A DNA stretch of 63,962 bases, the filler included, from Candidatus Woesearchaeota archaeon (GTDB taxonomy: Archaea; Nanobdellota; Nanobdellia; Pacearchaeales; UBA284), in NCBI GenBank assembly GCA_964354405.1. It is 6 parts of 3 records of this genome, joined end to end, with 100 filler letters (N's around TTAATTAATTAA, not from the genome) between each part and the next. Parts side by side here need not be neighbours in the genome. Positions count along the whole stretch, not along the records: positions 1 to 15,633 come from CAYGZP010000001.1; 5 more parts are not named here. The stretch is one strand, 5' to 3'. This document shows positions 1-9,199 of this stretch, one piece after another (positions within the stretch are counted from its first letter, which is position 1; each line of letters begins with the position of its first letter). The position numbers and the translations under genes were made by a program. The notes beneath the pieces were generated by a model that was not told the DNA's origin, did not search any database, and saw only the letters and a program-made list of their open reading frames with translations.

Positions 1-2
1 TA

Positions 3-305
3 GTTGTTATGGGCGGAACTGCTATCAACAGAGTAGCTGCTGAAATGTTAGACGTAACTTTCCCAGTCTATGGCAGCGATGCATTGTGGACAAACGCCAC
101 AAAAGTCGATGCTGCAGGCAAGGCCATTATTAAGTTAATGGACTCACCTTACACAACAGGCAAATTTGCCATGTTAGTGGCAGGATGGGAGGGAGTTGAC
201 ACAGAGCGCGCTGCAAAGGCCTTGAAAGAAGGTACACCAGCTCTAAGCGGCCAAAGTGTGTTGTTGAATACTGCGACTAGTACAGTAACAGTAGTAACAG
301 CATAA
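3..305 (+). CDS. S-layer protein C-terminal fragment (5' truncated)
   Basis: Open from window start; motifs VVMGGTAIN and LVAGWEGVDTERAAKAL resemble archaeal S-layer C-termini; followed by a long poly-T tract. Confidence 0.7.
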   Translation, partial: VVMGGTAINRVAAEMLDVTFPVYGSDALWTNATKVDAAGKAIIKLMDSPYTTGKFAMLVAGWEGVDTERAAKALKEGTPALSGQSVLLNTATSTVTVVTA

Positions 306-327
306 TAAGGTGCAACAAGTTAGCTAA

Positions 328-383
328 ATTTTTTTTTATTTTTTTTCTTTTTTTCTTTCTTTTTTTTGTTTTTCTTATTTTTT
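328..383 (+). terminator. poly-T archaeal terminator
   Basis: ~55-nt T-rich tract directly after the S-layer gene. Confidence 0.65.
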
Positions 384-500
384 AATATCTAGCGGGAGCT
401 ATAATTAATAAGATTTTTAAGCCACAATTCATATCTTAAAATATAACTGGACTATCCCAATAATCAATAAAGAATGCAGATTCTTTCAAAGGGCAAACAG

Positions 501-563
501 AAAAGTTTATAAACTAAAGTTTACATCTATAAACTATGGTTAAGATATATAAACTAAAGTTAA
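501..563 (+). promoter_or_regulatory. BRE/TATA promoter with three palindromic operators (TAAACT-N2-AGTTTA type)
   Basis: AAAAGTTTATAAA at 501; 6-2-6 palindromes start at 510 (perfect), 530 and 550 (imperfect). Confidence 0.65.
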
Positions 564-1081
564 CAGTATTACAGCAAGAAATTTTGAGATATCTTTTCAT
601 TAAGGCAGGAAACTCTTTCAATGCTCGGGGGTTAGCGCTGGCATTAGAAGTATCCCCGCCAGCAATCTCAAAAGCGCTGCCTTTGCTTGAAAAAGAAGGA
701 TATCTTAAGGTTGAGAAAGATAAGGAATCAAAAAGATTGTCAATAACCCTTAACAGAGACAATCCTTTAGTTACTGGGCTTAAAAGGGCTGAAAACCTAA
801 GAATGATTTATGAGTCTGGATTGATTGATTATTTAGAGGAAAAATTTCCTGGAACAACAATCATATTGTTTGGAAGCTATTCTAGGGGGGAGGATACTGA
901 AAAATCAGACATAGACATCGCAGTTATAGGAAAAGAGAAAAGAACTGACCTGGAGGTATATGAAAAATTGCTGGAAAAAACAATATTCCTGCATTTTTAT
1001 GATTCCTTAAATAAAATAGATAAAAATTTAAGAAGCAATATCTTAAGTGGCATTACATTAATAGGGGTGGCGGAAATATGA
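536..1081 (+). CDS. wHTH + minimal nucleotidyltransferase (MNT antitoxin-like), no adjacent HEPN gene
   Basis: N-terminal HTH (ARGLALALEVSPPAISKAL); LFGSYSRGED...SDIDIAV MNT motif. Confidence 0.85.
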   Translation: MVKIYKLKLTVLQQEILRYLFIKAGNSFNARGLALALEVSPPAISKALPLLEKEGYLKVEKDKESKRLSITLNRDNPLVTGLKRAENLRMIYESGLIDYLEEKFPGTTIILFGSYSRGEDTEKSDIDIAVIGKEKRTDLEVYEKLLEKTIFLHFYDSLNKIDKNLRSNILSGITLIGVAEI

Positions 1082-1089
1082 AATAAAAA

Positions 1090-1121
1090 ATGCTACACAT
1101 AAAACCATTAGAGACAAAAGA
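1090..1121 (+). repeat. 32-bp direct repeat copy 1 (duplicate of the start of the gene at 2202)
   Basis: ATGCTACACATAAAACCATTAGAGACAAAAGA vs 2202-2233 ATGCCACACATAAAACCATTAGAGACAAAAGA, one mismatch. Confidence 0.9.
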
Positions 1122-1200
1122 TTCTTCTGATCTATAAATCAATAAGATTTTTAAGCCGGATTTTTGGTTTGTAGAATGATCTATCCACAGAAGAAATGGA

Positions 1201-1256
1201 AAGATTTATAAATATAAATAATTATACAAATGTATAAAAAAATATACAAATGTATA
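1201..1256 (+). promoter_or_regulatory. BRE/TATA promoter with two palindromic operators TATACA-AA-TGTATA
   Basis: AAGATTTATAAAT at 1201; perfect palindromes at 1223-1236 and 1243-1256. Confidence 0.7.
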
Positions 1257-1774
1257 AAATGAGTGCGAAAGATAAGGTGCTTTCAAAAATTTTTGAAGAC
1301 CCCTCTAAAAAATACTATGTAAGAGAACTGGCTCAGGAAGCTAAAGTTAATCCCAATAGTGTGCTTAATGTAGTAAAAGAGATGGAAAAAGAGGGTTTAG
1401 TCAAAAAAGAGACTAAAAAGCACATAACCGAAATATATGCTATTCTTGATAGCCCTGTATTTACAGCCAGAAAGTTATTATTCAACCTTGCAAAGATATA
1501 TGAATCAAAAATAATAGATTTTTTAGTTGAAAATTACCATCCGAAAGCCGTCATTTTGTTTGGGAGTTACTCTCGTGGCGAAGACATAAAAAAAAGTGAT
1601 ATTGATATTGCAATAGTCACAGATAATCAAGTGATCATCAATGTAGAAAAATTTGAAAAGACATTAAACAGAAAAATCCATATCGTGCCTATAGAATACA
1701 AAAAAATCTCAGATGAATTATACATTAATTTAATAAATGGCATTGTAGTTTATGGATATATAGACAAAAAATGA
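1250..1774 (+). CDS. wHTH + MNT antitoxin
   Basis: HTH (YVRELAQEAKVNPNSV); LFGSYSRGED...SDIDIAIV; overlaps the HEPN gene by 4 nt; true start may be ATG 1259. Confidence 0.85.
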   Translation: MYKMSAKDKVLSKIFEDPSKKYYVRELAQEAKVNPNSVLNVVKEMEKEGLVKKETKKHITEIYAILDSPVFTARKLLFNLAKIYESKIIDFLVENYHPKAVILFGSYSRGEDIKKSDIDIAIVTDNQVIINVEKFEKTLNRKIHIVPIEYKKISDELYINLINGIVVYGYIDKK

Positions 1775-2199
1775 AACCTTTTGAATATTTTATAGAAACT
1801 CAGGAGATAAAGAAGGGCATAAAAGATGCTGCCCTGGCAAAATCTTTAGTCAAAGACATGGTATTAAGAATAAAAGACACTCTTTCGCTTGATATTTATA
1901 AACTGCCAAAACTAATTTTTGAGAATATATATGATGCATTGCGTGATTTTGCTGATGCTGTTCTTGCAGTTGATGGATTTAAATCCTACTCTCATCAAGC
2001 GTCTTTTGCCTATCTTTCAAAATACGATTTCAACGAAACAATCTTGAACATGTTTGATAGGTTCAGATATAAAAGGAATAGTTCCAAATATTATGGGCAG
2101 GGTATTTCAATAGAAGAAGCTAAAGAAATTCTTGAATTCTATAAAAAAAATAAAGATAAAATAAACAATATTTTAAAAAGCAAGGGTTTAATCAATTAA
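1771..2199 (+). CDS. HEPN-domain toxin
   Basis: Helical protein with SYSH and RYKRNSSKY (Rx4Y variant) motifs, coupled to the MNT gene. Confidence 0.8.
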   Translation: MKPFEYFIETQEIKKGIKDAALAKSLVKDMVLRIKDTLSLDIYKLPKLIFENIYDALRDFADAVLAVDGFKSYSHQASFAYLSKYDFNETILNMFDRFRYKRNSSKYYGQGISIEEAKEILEFYKKNKDKINNILKSKGLIN

Positions 2200-2201
2200 A
2201 C

Positions 2202-2849
2202 ATGCCACACATAAAACCATTAGAGACAAAAGACATGAGAGAGAAGAAAGACAAACGGAGAAGCAAGGTAATCATGGGTTTAGTGATAGCATTTATCATG
2301 GTTGCATCTACTATAGGTTATGCAATACTAGACAGCGAGCGCACAGAACAAGGCGAGCAAAGTTATCGGAATTATCAGTTTGCTAAGACAGAGATGGGAT
2401 GGCAAACCCAAATCAAGATTAATAATCAAAATATTCTGCTCAATACTTTTTATCTGCCTCAAGAAGTAGAGAATGTCTCGAGCCAAGGCACTCCGCTCTT
2501 GGCAGATTTCATGGACAAAGCAGTATATCTTGTGGCTTCAACAGATACAGAAAAACAATCCATCACAAGCTACTCTGCCCTGGGCAAAATCGCGTTAAGA
2601 ATGCAACTGGCATGTTCAAAAGAGCAGGAAAACTCAAGCTTCTGCACTGAAGCCAATTTGCCAATAAAAAGCTGTGATGATGTGGACTGGCAAACATCAA
2701 TAATAATGCTTCAAGAGCTCAATGAAAGTTCTAATGACTCGGCAACAATAAATTATAAAAACTCCTGTCTCGAAGTTAAAGGTAAGGGTATAGAGCTTGT
2801 AAAGGCAAGCGAGAAAGCACTGTTCCAGATTTTCGGGATAATTGAATAA
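2202..2849 (+). CDS. hypothetical membrane-anchored extracellular protein
   Basis: Single N-terminal TM, Cys-containing ectodomain with N-x-S/T sequons. Confidence 0.75.
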   Translation: MPHIKPLETKDMREKKDKRRSKVIMGLVIAFIMVASTIGYAILDSERTEQGEQSYRNYQFAKTEMGWQTQIKINNQNILLNTFYLPQEVENVSSQGTPLLADFMDKAVYLVASTDTEKQSITSYSALGKIALRMQLACSKEQENSSFCTEANLPIKSCDDVDWQTSIIMLQELNESSNDSATINYKNSCLEVKGKGIELVKASEKALFQIFGIIE

Positions 2850-3609
2850 AATGGCAGAAGAAAGTAAGACTAAAGAAAATAAGACAGAGAAAACGCGAAA
2901 AAGAAGATGGAATTACAAGAAAATAGCCAGCGCATTATTAATCTTGATAGTCCTATTAGCTTTGATCATTGTATTTTTTGTATTTGACTTAAACTTTACA
3001 GGCATGTGGCACAAGCTCCAGGGAGAAGGACAAAACTTTACATATCATAACATGACTTACACAAAAACTTTCTTCGGAAATCTCTTATTATATCAGACAG
3101 ATTTAGCAATATATCGCCCTGTGCAAGACAACACACTTTACTGGACTCTTAAGCTCAGAAATGATCCTCGTGTTTTAGACAAGAACATTGCCGCGAATCT
3201 CACAGACAAACTAACAAGAAAAATCTATATTTCCTTTGCTCGCGAGCCACTAGAATGCGAAGGCATTGCACTTACTGCTTATAGATTGGGAGAGTTCACT
3301 GATGCTTTAGGAGCCTACACAGAGGCAACATTTTCCAATGAAGAGCTCGCTAAAGAGAACAACAACACTTATCCAGTAAAGAATTGCGACGATGCCAAAG
3401 GCGAATGGAGTGTTATTCTGTTAAAGCAGAGCAACACAAACACAAGCTATATACATCAACAGAACTCGTGCTTCATTCTTGAAATAGCCAACTGCGAGCA
3501 CATAGAAGTCAGTGAAAGATTCTTTCTCGCTCTGATAGACACCATGAAAGGATTGCCCTCAGCACAAGAAAACATGACAAACGAAAACAATCAAAGCAAT
3601 TCCAGTTAA
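2842..3609 (+). CDS. hypothetical membrane-anchored protein, probable paralog of the upstream gene
   Basis: N-terminal TM; shares PxKxCDD and NSCxxL/V motifs with 2202..2849; likely start ATG 2851. Confidence 0.75.
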   Translation: MNKMAEESKTKENKTEKTRKRRWNYKKIASALLILIVLLALIIVFFVFDLNFTGMWHKLQGEGQNFTYHNMTYTKTFFGNLLLYQTDLAIYRPVQDNTLYWTLKLRNDPRVLDKNIAANLTDKLTRKIYISFAREPLECEGIALTAYRLGEFTDALGAYTEATFSNEELAKENNNTYPVKNCDDAKGEWSVILLKQSNTNTSYIHQQNSCFILEIANCEHIEVSERFFLALIDTMKGLPSAQENMTNENNQSNSS

Positions 3610-3673
3610 ACAGTTAAAGATTCTTGTTGATAATTAAAAAATTTTATAAGCCCTTGTTTCTTTATACTCCCAA

Positions 3674-3755
3674 GCCGACGTGGGACAAAGGTACTCCGCC
3701 TGCCTTGAGAGCAGGTTCCCGAAAGGGTTTCCAGGTTCGATTCCTGGCGTCGGCG
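3674..3755 (+). tRNA. tRNA-Ser(TGA)
   Basis: GCCGACG/CGTCGGC acceptor stem, CCTGC-CTTGAGA-GCAGG anticodon arm, long variable arm, GTTCGATTC T-loop, G73; TATA at 3642. Confidence 0.95.
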
Positions 3756-3824
3756 TTCTAATCAATAAAACTGGAAATTAAATCGTAAAAGAAAAAGCCC
3801 GAGGTGCAAGAAGACAAGAATTTA

Positions 3825-5603
3825 TCAATATTCCTTTTTTCTTGCTGTTACTGCAACTATAATTAAAATTACTAATGCAACAACTACAACTCCGATTATA
3901 ATCCACAACCAAGGAAATGGTTTCTTGGCTTCTGGAGCTGGAGGTGTTGTTGAGGGTGGTGTTGAAGGAATTACCTCTTGAATCTCTTTAAACAGCAAGT
4001 CTGCCTTGCCGCCACTTATTCCTTTCAGTGTGATATTAAGATCATTATAGCCATTTCCATTGACATCAATTTGCTTTGTTTCATTAATTTCTAAAGTGAC
4101 TTTAATTGGTTCACTCCAGATGTATAAAGTAACACTATCTTCAGTTATTTCTGTGATTCTCCCAGTATGGAGAGTACCATTTAAAATAAAGCTGAATGTC
4201 TCATTCTCTGAAGCATTTAATCCTCCGCCAGCACCTCCAGCTCCGCCTAAACTTCCTAGACTATAATCAATCTCTGTTGGCTGTTCAGGGGTTACTTCAG
4301 GTGGTATTCCACCTCCTCCGCCTCCTCCGCCACCGCCTAATGTGGGGTTGACATCTAGTGTAGCTGATTCAGTATCAACATTTGATAAAGTATCATAAAC
4401 AGTACAAGTAATTGTTTTGTCTCCAATTGCATCAGGCTCATAAGTGCCTGAACAGTCAGCATCATTGTCTGTACATATTGTAGTGCCATCATTTGATGTA
4501 ACTGTTACATTAGCTACCCCATTATCGTCAGATGCATTACAGCTTGCTGTAATACTATCACCTTTGCGAATAGAATAATCTGAAAGTGTTAGAGTTATGT
4601 CAGGGGCGCTCACATCAACTGTAAGTGTTCTGTTCGTGTTAGTCAAGTCGCTATTTCCTGCGCTGTCATTGCACCAAGCAGCCCATATATAGTAACCCTC
4701 GCTTATTCCAGGAACACTGATATTAAGCCACGTATCGTTATTAGTATAGCTAGTACTAGTATAATTAGCAGTCCAACCTCCTGAAAAATTAGTATAAAGT
4801 TTTATGTTGCTTATTGGGCCTAGGTTATCAGAACATTTGAAATCAAAAACAACAGTCGAGCTGCTTGAATTGTAAGCATTAACTGGATTTGTTCCGAATG
4901 AGGCCAATGGATTTGTAGAATCAATTTGCACAACATAAGCATTATTTAAGGCTGCATTCCCAACACTATCATTTCCATGAACCCTTATAGTTTTATTTCC
5001 GTCAGGAATCCCCGCCAGACTTACAGTGCCATTGCACCAATCACCAGAGCAAGCAATAGTTTGATTGATGTCCGTTGTATTCTGAATGTCTATTATGCAA
5101 GAGCTACTAGGGCCAGCACCACTATCACTCACACTTATATTTAATGTTAAAGTTTGCGTGTTTTTTCTAAATGTTGCATTTGTGTAAACAGGCAAAGTTA
5201 TTGTTGGAACAGTTTGATCAATATACAACCAACTAGATGACACATTTGCTGTTTCATTACCAGTTGCATTAACAGCTTGCACGTTAAAGGTATAATTTTC
5301 TGCATCTATCCCTCCTGTAACCAAATAGCCTGTAGCAGAATCATTGAAATATTGCCCCCAATTAGCGCCAGCATTACTGCTCATCCATACTGTATAATTT
5401 GCCGCTGCATCGCCGCCACCCGCAGTCCAGTTTAATGAAAATATTCCATCGCCGTCATAGTTTGTCGTTGAATTTCCTTCAAAATGTAAACTAGCAGGGG
5501 GATTCGAATCAGCCAAAACAAAAACAGCATACAAGATTATCGCCAGAAATGCCATCATTGCAAGAGCCATGCTAAAACTCTTTGTTACTGCTTGTTTATT
5601 CAT
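3825..5603 (-). CDS. cell-surface glycoprotein with Ig-like repeats, poly-Gly linker and C-terminal TM anchor
   Basis: Signal peptide, many N-x-S/T sequons, CxD..GN beta-sandwich repeats, C-terminal TM with basic tail. Confidence 0.8.
   Translation of the reverse strand: MNKQAVTKSFSMALAMMAFLAIILYAVFVLADSNPPASLHFEGNSTTNYDGDGIFSLNWTAGGGDAAANYTVWMSSNAGANWGQYFNDSATGYLVTGGIDAENYTFNVQAVNATGNETANVSSSWLYIDQTVPTITLPVYTNATFRKNTQTLTLNISVSDSGAGPSSSCIIDIQNTTDINQTIACSGDWCNGTVSLAGIPDGNKTIRVHGNDSVGNAALNNAYVVQIDSTNPLASFGTNPVNAYNSSSSTVVFDFKCSDNLGPISNIKLYTNFSGGWTANYTSTSYTNNDTWLNISVPGISEGYYIWAAWCNDSAGNSDLTNTNRTLTVDVSAPDITLTLSDYSIRKGDSITASCNASDDNGVANVTVTSNDGTTICTDNDADCSGTYEPDAIGDKTITCTVYDTLSNVDTESATLDVNPTLGGGGGGGGGGIPPEVTPEQPTEIDYSLGSLGGAGGAGGGLNASENETFSFILNGTLHTGRITEITEDSVTLYIWSEPIKVTLEINETKQIDVNGNGYNDLNITLKGISGGKADLLFKEIQEVIPSTPPSTTPPAPEAKKPFPWLWIIIGVVVVALVILIIVAVTARKKEY
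4024..4331. repeat. 308-bp repeat copy 1 (shared C-terminal module)
   Basis: Reads identical to 5886-6193; the antisense 68-aa ORFs of both copies are identical. Confidence 0.9.
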
Positions 5604-5674
5604 CTTACCTCTTTCTTTGTTACTAATAATAACAACAAAAAATAGTTTATAAACTTTTCTTCAGTGGTGTGAAG

Positions 5675-8600
5675 TTACTTGTAACCCTGACTCTTTAGTT
5701 TCTTGTTTCTTAAAAAATACCATAAAATCAACCCCGCTATAACAACTACAACTCCTATTATAACCCACAACCAAGGAAATGGTTTCTTAGCTTCTGGGGG
5801 CGTTGTTGTGGTTGTTGGTTGTGTTGAAGGAATTACCTCTTTAATCTCTTTAAAGAACAAATCAGCTTTGCCCCCGCTTATTCCCTTCAGTGTGATATTA
5901 AGATCATTATAGCCATTTCCATTGACATCAATTTGCTTTGTTTCATTAATTTCTAAAGTGACTTTAATTGGTTCACTCCAGATGTATAAAGTAACACTAT
6001 CTTCAGTTATTTCTGTGATTCTCCCAGTATGGAGAGTACCATTTAAAATAAAGCTGAATGTCTCATTCTCTGAAGCATTTAATCCTCCGCCAGCACCTCC
6101 AGCTCCGCCTAAACTTCCTAGACTATAATCAATCTCTGTTGGCTGTTCAGGGGTTACTTCAGGTGGTATTCCACCTCCTCCGCCTCCTCCGCCTCCGTCT
6201 CCACCGTCAGCAGAAGCTTCGATTCCAAAATCTCTTGTCTCACTTATGTTCTGGTTTATGCCATCAGAACAATTAACCCGCCATGTATAACTATTGTCAT
6301 CTGAATAGCCAGAAATTGTCTGATTGCATGTTGTATCATTTGCACAGTATTTTGTTGTTTGATAACTTTCTTTTGTGAGAACATTGCAGCCTATGTTATT
6401 GTCAAGATTGTCTGAAACATTCCATTGGAAAGTTATTTGAGATGTTCCGGCAGCATAACTATTTTCGTCATCAGGAGATACTAAAGTTAACGCCACCATT
6501 TCAGTATCTATTGTAAATGTCCTGTTTGAAGAAAAATTACAATTTCCTAGGGCATCGCAAGCTTCGCAATTCCACATGTAGTTTAAATTCTCATCAAGGA
6601 TTTTTGAAAATGTTGTTGAATTGCTTGTTCCAGAAACTCCAGTTGTTTCATTTGCATGCCATCCTCCTGACCAATCACCATAAAGAGTTATATTTGTTAA
6701 TCCCCCAACATCTGTCGCACTGCAACTGAATGTTACATTTGTTGAGCTTGTAAAGTTATTGTTTGCAGGAACATTTAAAGTCACAACAGGTGGGGTTATT
6801 GCATCTATAGTTAATGTTCTGTTGCTTGTGGCAGAACTGCACTGACTTTCATTATCACAAGCCTGACAGTTCCATCTGTAAGCCCCATCACTTAATGTTT
6901 TGTTAAAAGTTACAGGAGTATTATTTTCAGGGCTTGAATTTGTTTCATTTGCGTGCCATCCTCCCGACCAATTGCCATAAAGAGTTACATTTGTTAAATT
7001 AAGATCGTCTTGCGCAGTGCAATTAAATGTGACATTTCCATCTGTGTCAATAGATGCATCTACAGGCGCGTTTAAGATTACACTAGGCGCATCACTCGTT
7101 AAAGTGAATGGGGCATTTGAAGCAATATACATTGTTTTTGGCCCATCAACAACATTATATCCATAAATTGTAAGCTGCCAATCTCCTACAGCAGCATTTG
7201 TTATATAAACTTGCTTGACTGTATTGTTAAAATCAGCTGCTCCTGAGGTGTCACTTATAGCGCCATTTGAAAGCACAACACTAATATTACTATGAACAGT
7301 CGTCACATTTTCCTCCCAGTAGACTGTCATTTTCAGATTCTGTAATGAATCAAGTGTAAAGGTAACTGCCTCATTTGTATTATTGCTTAAATTAACACTC
7401 GTGACATACGTGTTATCTACCGCTTCAAGAGCATCTACTCTGCCAAAACCATAGTTGTTGTCATAACTTCCAAAACCAACGCCGTTTTGATCTGCTGAAT
7501 TTATTATTACTGCTTTTAACTCACCAACACTGTATGAAGCATTTTTGTCTTTAATTAAAGCTGTAACTCCAGAAACATGCGGTGTTGCCATGCTTGTTCC
7601 CTGCCAATTTCCAAATCCTGAAAATAATGTTGAGTTAATAGAAACACCAGGGGCTGTTACATCTGGTTTTGTCCATAACTCAGTGCCACTTACTGGACCT
7701 CTTGATGAAAAGCTTGCGATTACATCAGCATCATCTGTCGCGCCAATTGTTAAAGCCCTGCGCGCGCAGCCAGGAGATTCTATTGTCCCGCTAGTAGGCC
7801 CATCATTGCCCGCAGCAACAACTGAAAGAACTCCGACTTCAGCAGCACCATCAACAGCGTCTGCATCAGCGCTATTACAATCAAAAGTCGCTGCGCCGCC
7901 TAAAGACATGCTTATTATATCAGCGCCTTGAGCAACACACCAATTTATGCCATTTACAACTGAAGCTGTTGAACCGCCGCCACTGGAATCTAAAACTTTT
8001 GCAACATACAAAGAAGCGTCTTGGGCGACTCCTTCAAGAGTTGAATGATTGCTCAAAATTGTCCCGGCAACATGTGTTCCGTGCCCAGCATCATCTGTCG
8101 GATATAGATTATAAAAAGTCCTGGGTTCAATCCCAACAGGAGATAAACCAGAACATAACCAATAGTTTCCGCTATCATAATAATAATCATTTAATAATTG
8201 TGTGACATTCGACCCCCAGACAACCACTGGATATTCCCCACCCGGCACTGATATATCTGTTTCATTTATAACTATTCTCCAAGTATCATTAATTCCACCT
8301 GAAACATTTGTTAGATTGAGAATGGCCCACCATCCTAAATCATTTGGATCTGTAAGTGCAGTTACAGAAAAAGTGTCATTGGCAAGAGTTCCATTTGGAT
8401 AATAAATTTCAATGTTATATCTATTACTTTCATCCCACCACCAGTTTACTCCAACTTCAAGCCAGTCACTCGTATCTGTTGTTATATTTAATAAAAAATC
8501 GTAACTTGTGACAGAATCAGTAGGATCAAAACTCGAACCTTCTAGGCACCAATCCCAAGTTGTAAAATCCTGGGAAGCAACCGGGGCTGGCAAATAAACA

Positions 8601-9103
8601 TTATCAAAATTAAATCCAGTATCAACAATACATACCTTTATGCCTGTGCCATCATAACCTAAGCCCCAAACATCGTCAGCATTTATTAAGGGCACAGAAG
8701 AGTCGAGCGAGGCTTTAAAGAGCCTGTTCTTTTCAACTTTTTTTACAATAGACAAATCATCTAAAGCATTTATCTTTTTTTGAGAGGATTTTACATAAAC
8801 AGCATTAATTAATGGAAAATACTTAATTACTTGAAAGTCAGAGTTAAAGGCTCTTAATTCATCTCTAGCATTTTCTGAAAGTCCCTTCAACTTATTTTTA
8901 TTGACACTTATATCTTCTCTGAAAGTTATAATATAACCGTCTGATTCTGGAACTCTCTCTAAAACTTTTTCAGATGCTCTTGTTTCCTTTATTTTTCCAG
9001 AAACACTGCTTGTGGCAATTGTGGCAATAGAAACAATTAAGACACAGAGGATAATTGAAAGAGCTACTGAACTGAATAATATAGATTTAGCTTTTTTGTT
9101 CAT
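5675..9103 (-). CDS. membrane-anchored S8 (subtilisin-family) serine protease with propeptide and Ig-like repeats
   Basis: Catalytic motifs IVDTG, GHGTH, AAGN, GTSMATP; signal peptide; C-terminal TM. Confidence 0.95.
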   Translation of the reverse strand: MNKKAKSILFSSVALSIILCVLIVSIATIATSSVSGKIKETRASEKVLERVPESDGYIITFREDISVNKNKLKGLSENARDELRAFNSDFQVIKYFPLINAVYVKSSQKKINALDDLSIVKKVEKNRLFKASLDSSVPLINADDVWGLGYDGTGIKVCIVDTGFNFDNVYLPAPVASQDFTTWDWCLEGSSFDPTDSVTSYDFLLNITTDTSDWLEVGVNWWWDESNRYNIEIYYPNGTLANDTFSVTALTDPNDLGWWAILNLTNVSGGINDTWRIVINETDISVPGGEYPVVVWGSNVTQLLNDYYYDSGNYWLCSGLSPVGIEPRTFYNLYPTDDAGHGTHVAGTILSNHSTLEGVAQDASLYVAKVLDSSGGGSTASVVNGINWCVAQGADIISMSLGGAATFDCNSADADAVDGAAEVGVLSVVAAGNDGPTSGTIESPGCARRALTIGATDDADVIASFSSRGPVSGTELWTKPDVTAPGVSINSTLFSGFGNWQGTSMATPHVSGVTALIKDKNASYSVGELKAVIINSADQNGVGFGSYDNNYGFGRVDALEAVDNTYVTSVNLSNNTNEAVTFTLDSLQNLKMTVYWEENVTTVHSNISVVLSNGAISDTSGAADFNNTVKQVYITNAAVGDWQLTIYGYNVVDGPKTMYIASNAPFTLTSDAPSVILNAPVDASIDTDGNVTFNCTAQDDLNLTNVTLYGNWSGGWHANETNSSPENNTPVTFNKTLSDGAYRWNCQACDNESQCSSATSNRTLTIDAITPPVVTLNVPANNNFTSSTNVTFSCSATDVGGLTNITLYGDWSGGWHANETTGVSGTSNSTTFSKILDENLNYMWNCEACDALGNCNFSSNRTFTIDTEMVALTLVSPDDENSYAAGTSQITFQWNVSDNLDNNIGCNVLTKESYQTTKYCANDTTCNQTISGYSDDNSYTWRVNCSDGINQNISETRDFGIEASADGGDGGGGGGGGGIPPEVTPEQPTEIDYSLGSLGGAGGAGGGLNASENETFSFILNGTLHTGRITEITEDSVTLYIWSEPIKVTLEINETKQIDVNGNGYNDLNITLKGISGGKADLFFKEIKEVIPSTQPTTTTTPPEAKKPFPWLWVIIGVVVVIAGLILWYFLRNKKLKSQGYK
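5886..6193. repeat. 308-bp repeat copy 2
   Basis: Reads identical to 4024-4331. Confidence 0.9.
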
Positions 9104-9199
9104 TTCACCAACACTGCCTCTTTTTAATAATATACTACAAAATATATATTGTATATATTGCTTTATAAATGTTTTGCGATATTATTACTCGACAGCAAC

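Noticed and set aside
3674..3755. tRNA with TGA read as selenocysteine or suppressor tRNA
   Set aside because: TGA is the anticodon (reads UCA, Ser); tRNA-Sec would have anticodon TCA.
4024..6193. 308-bp repeat as a DGR template/variable pair
   Set aside because: Copies are identical with no adenine-specific differences, both are coding, and no reverse transcriptase is in the window.
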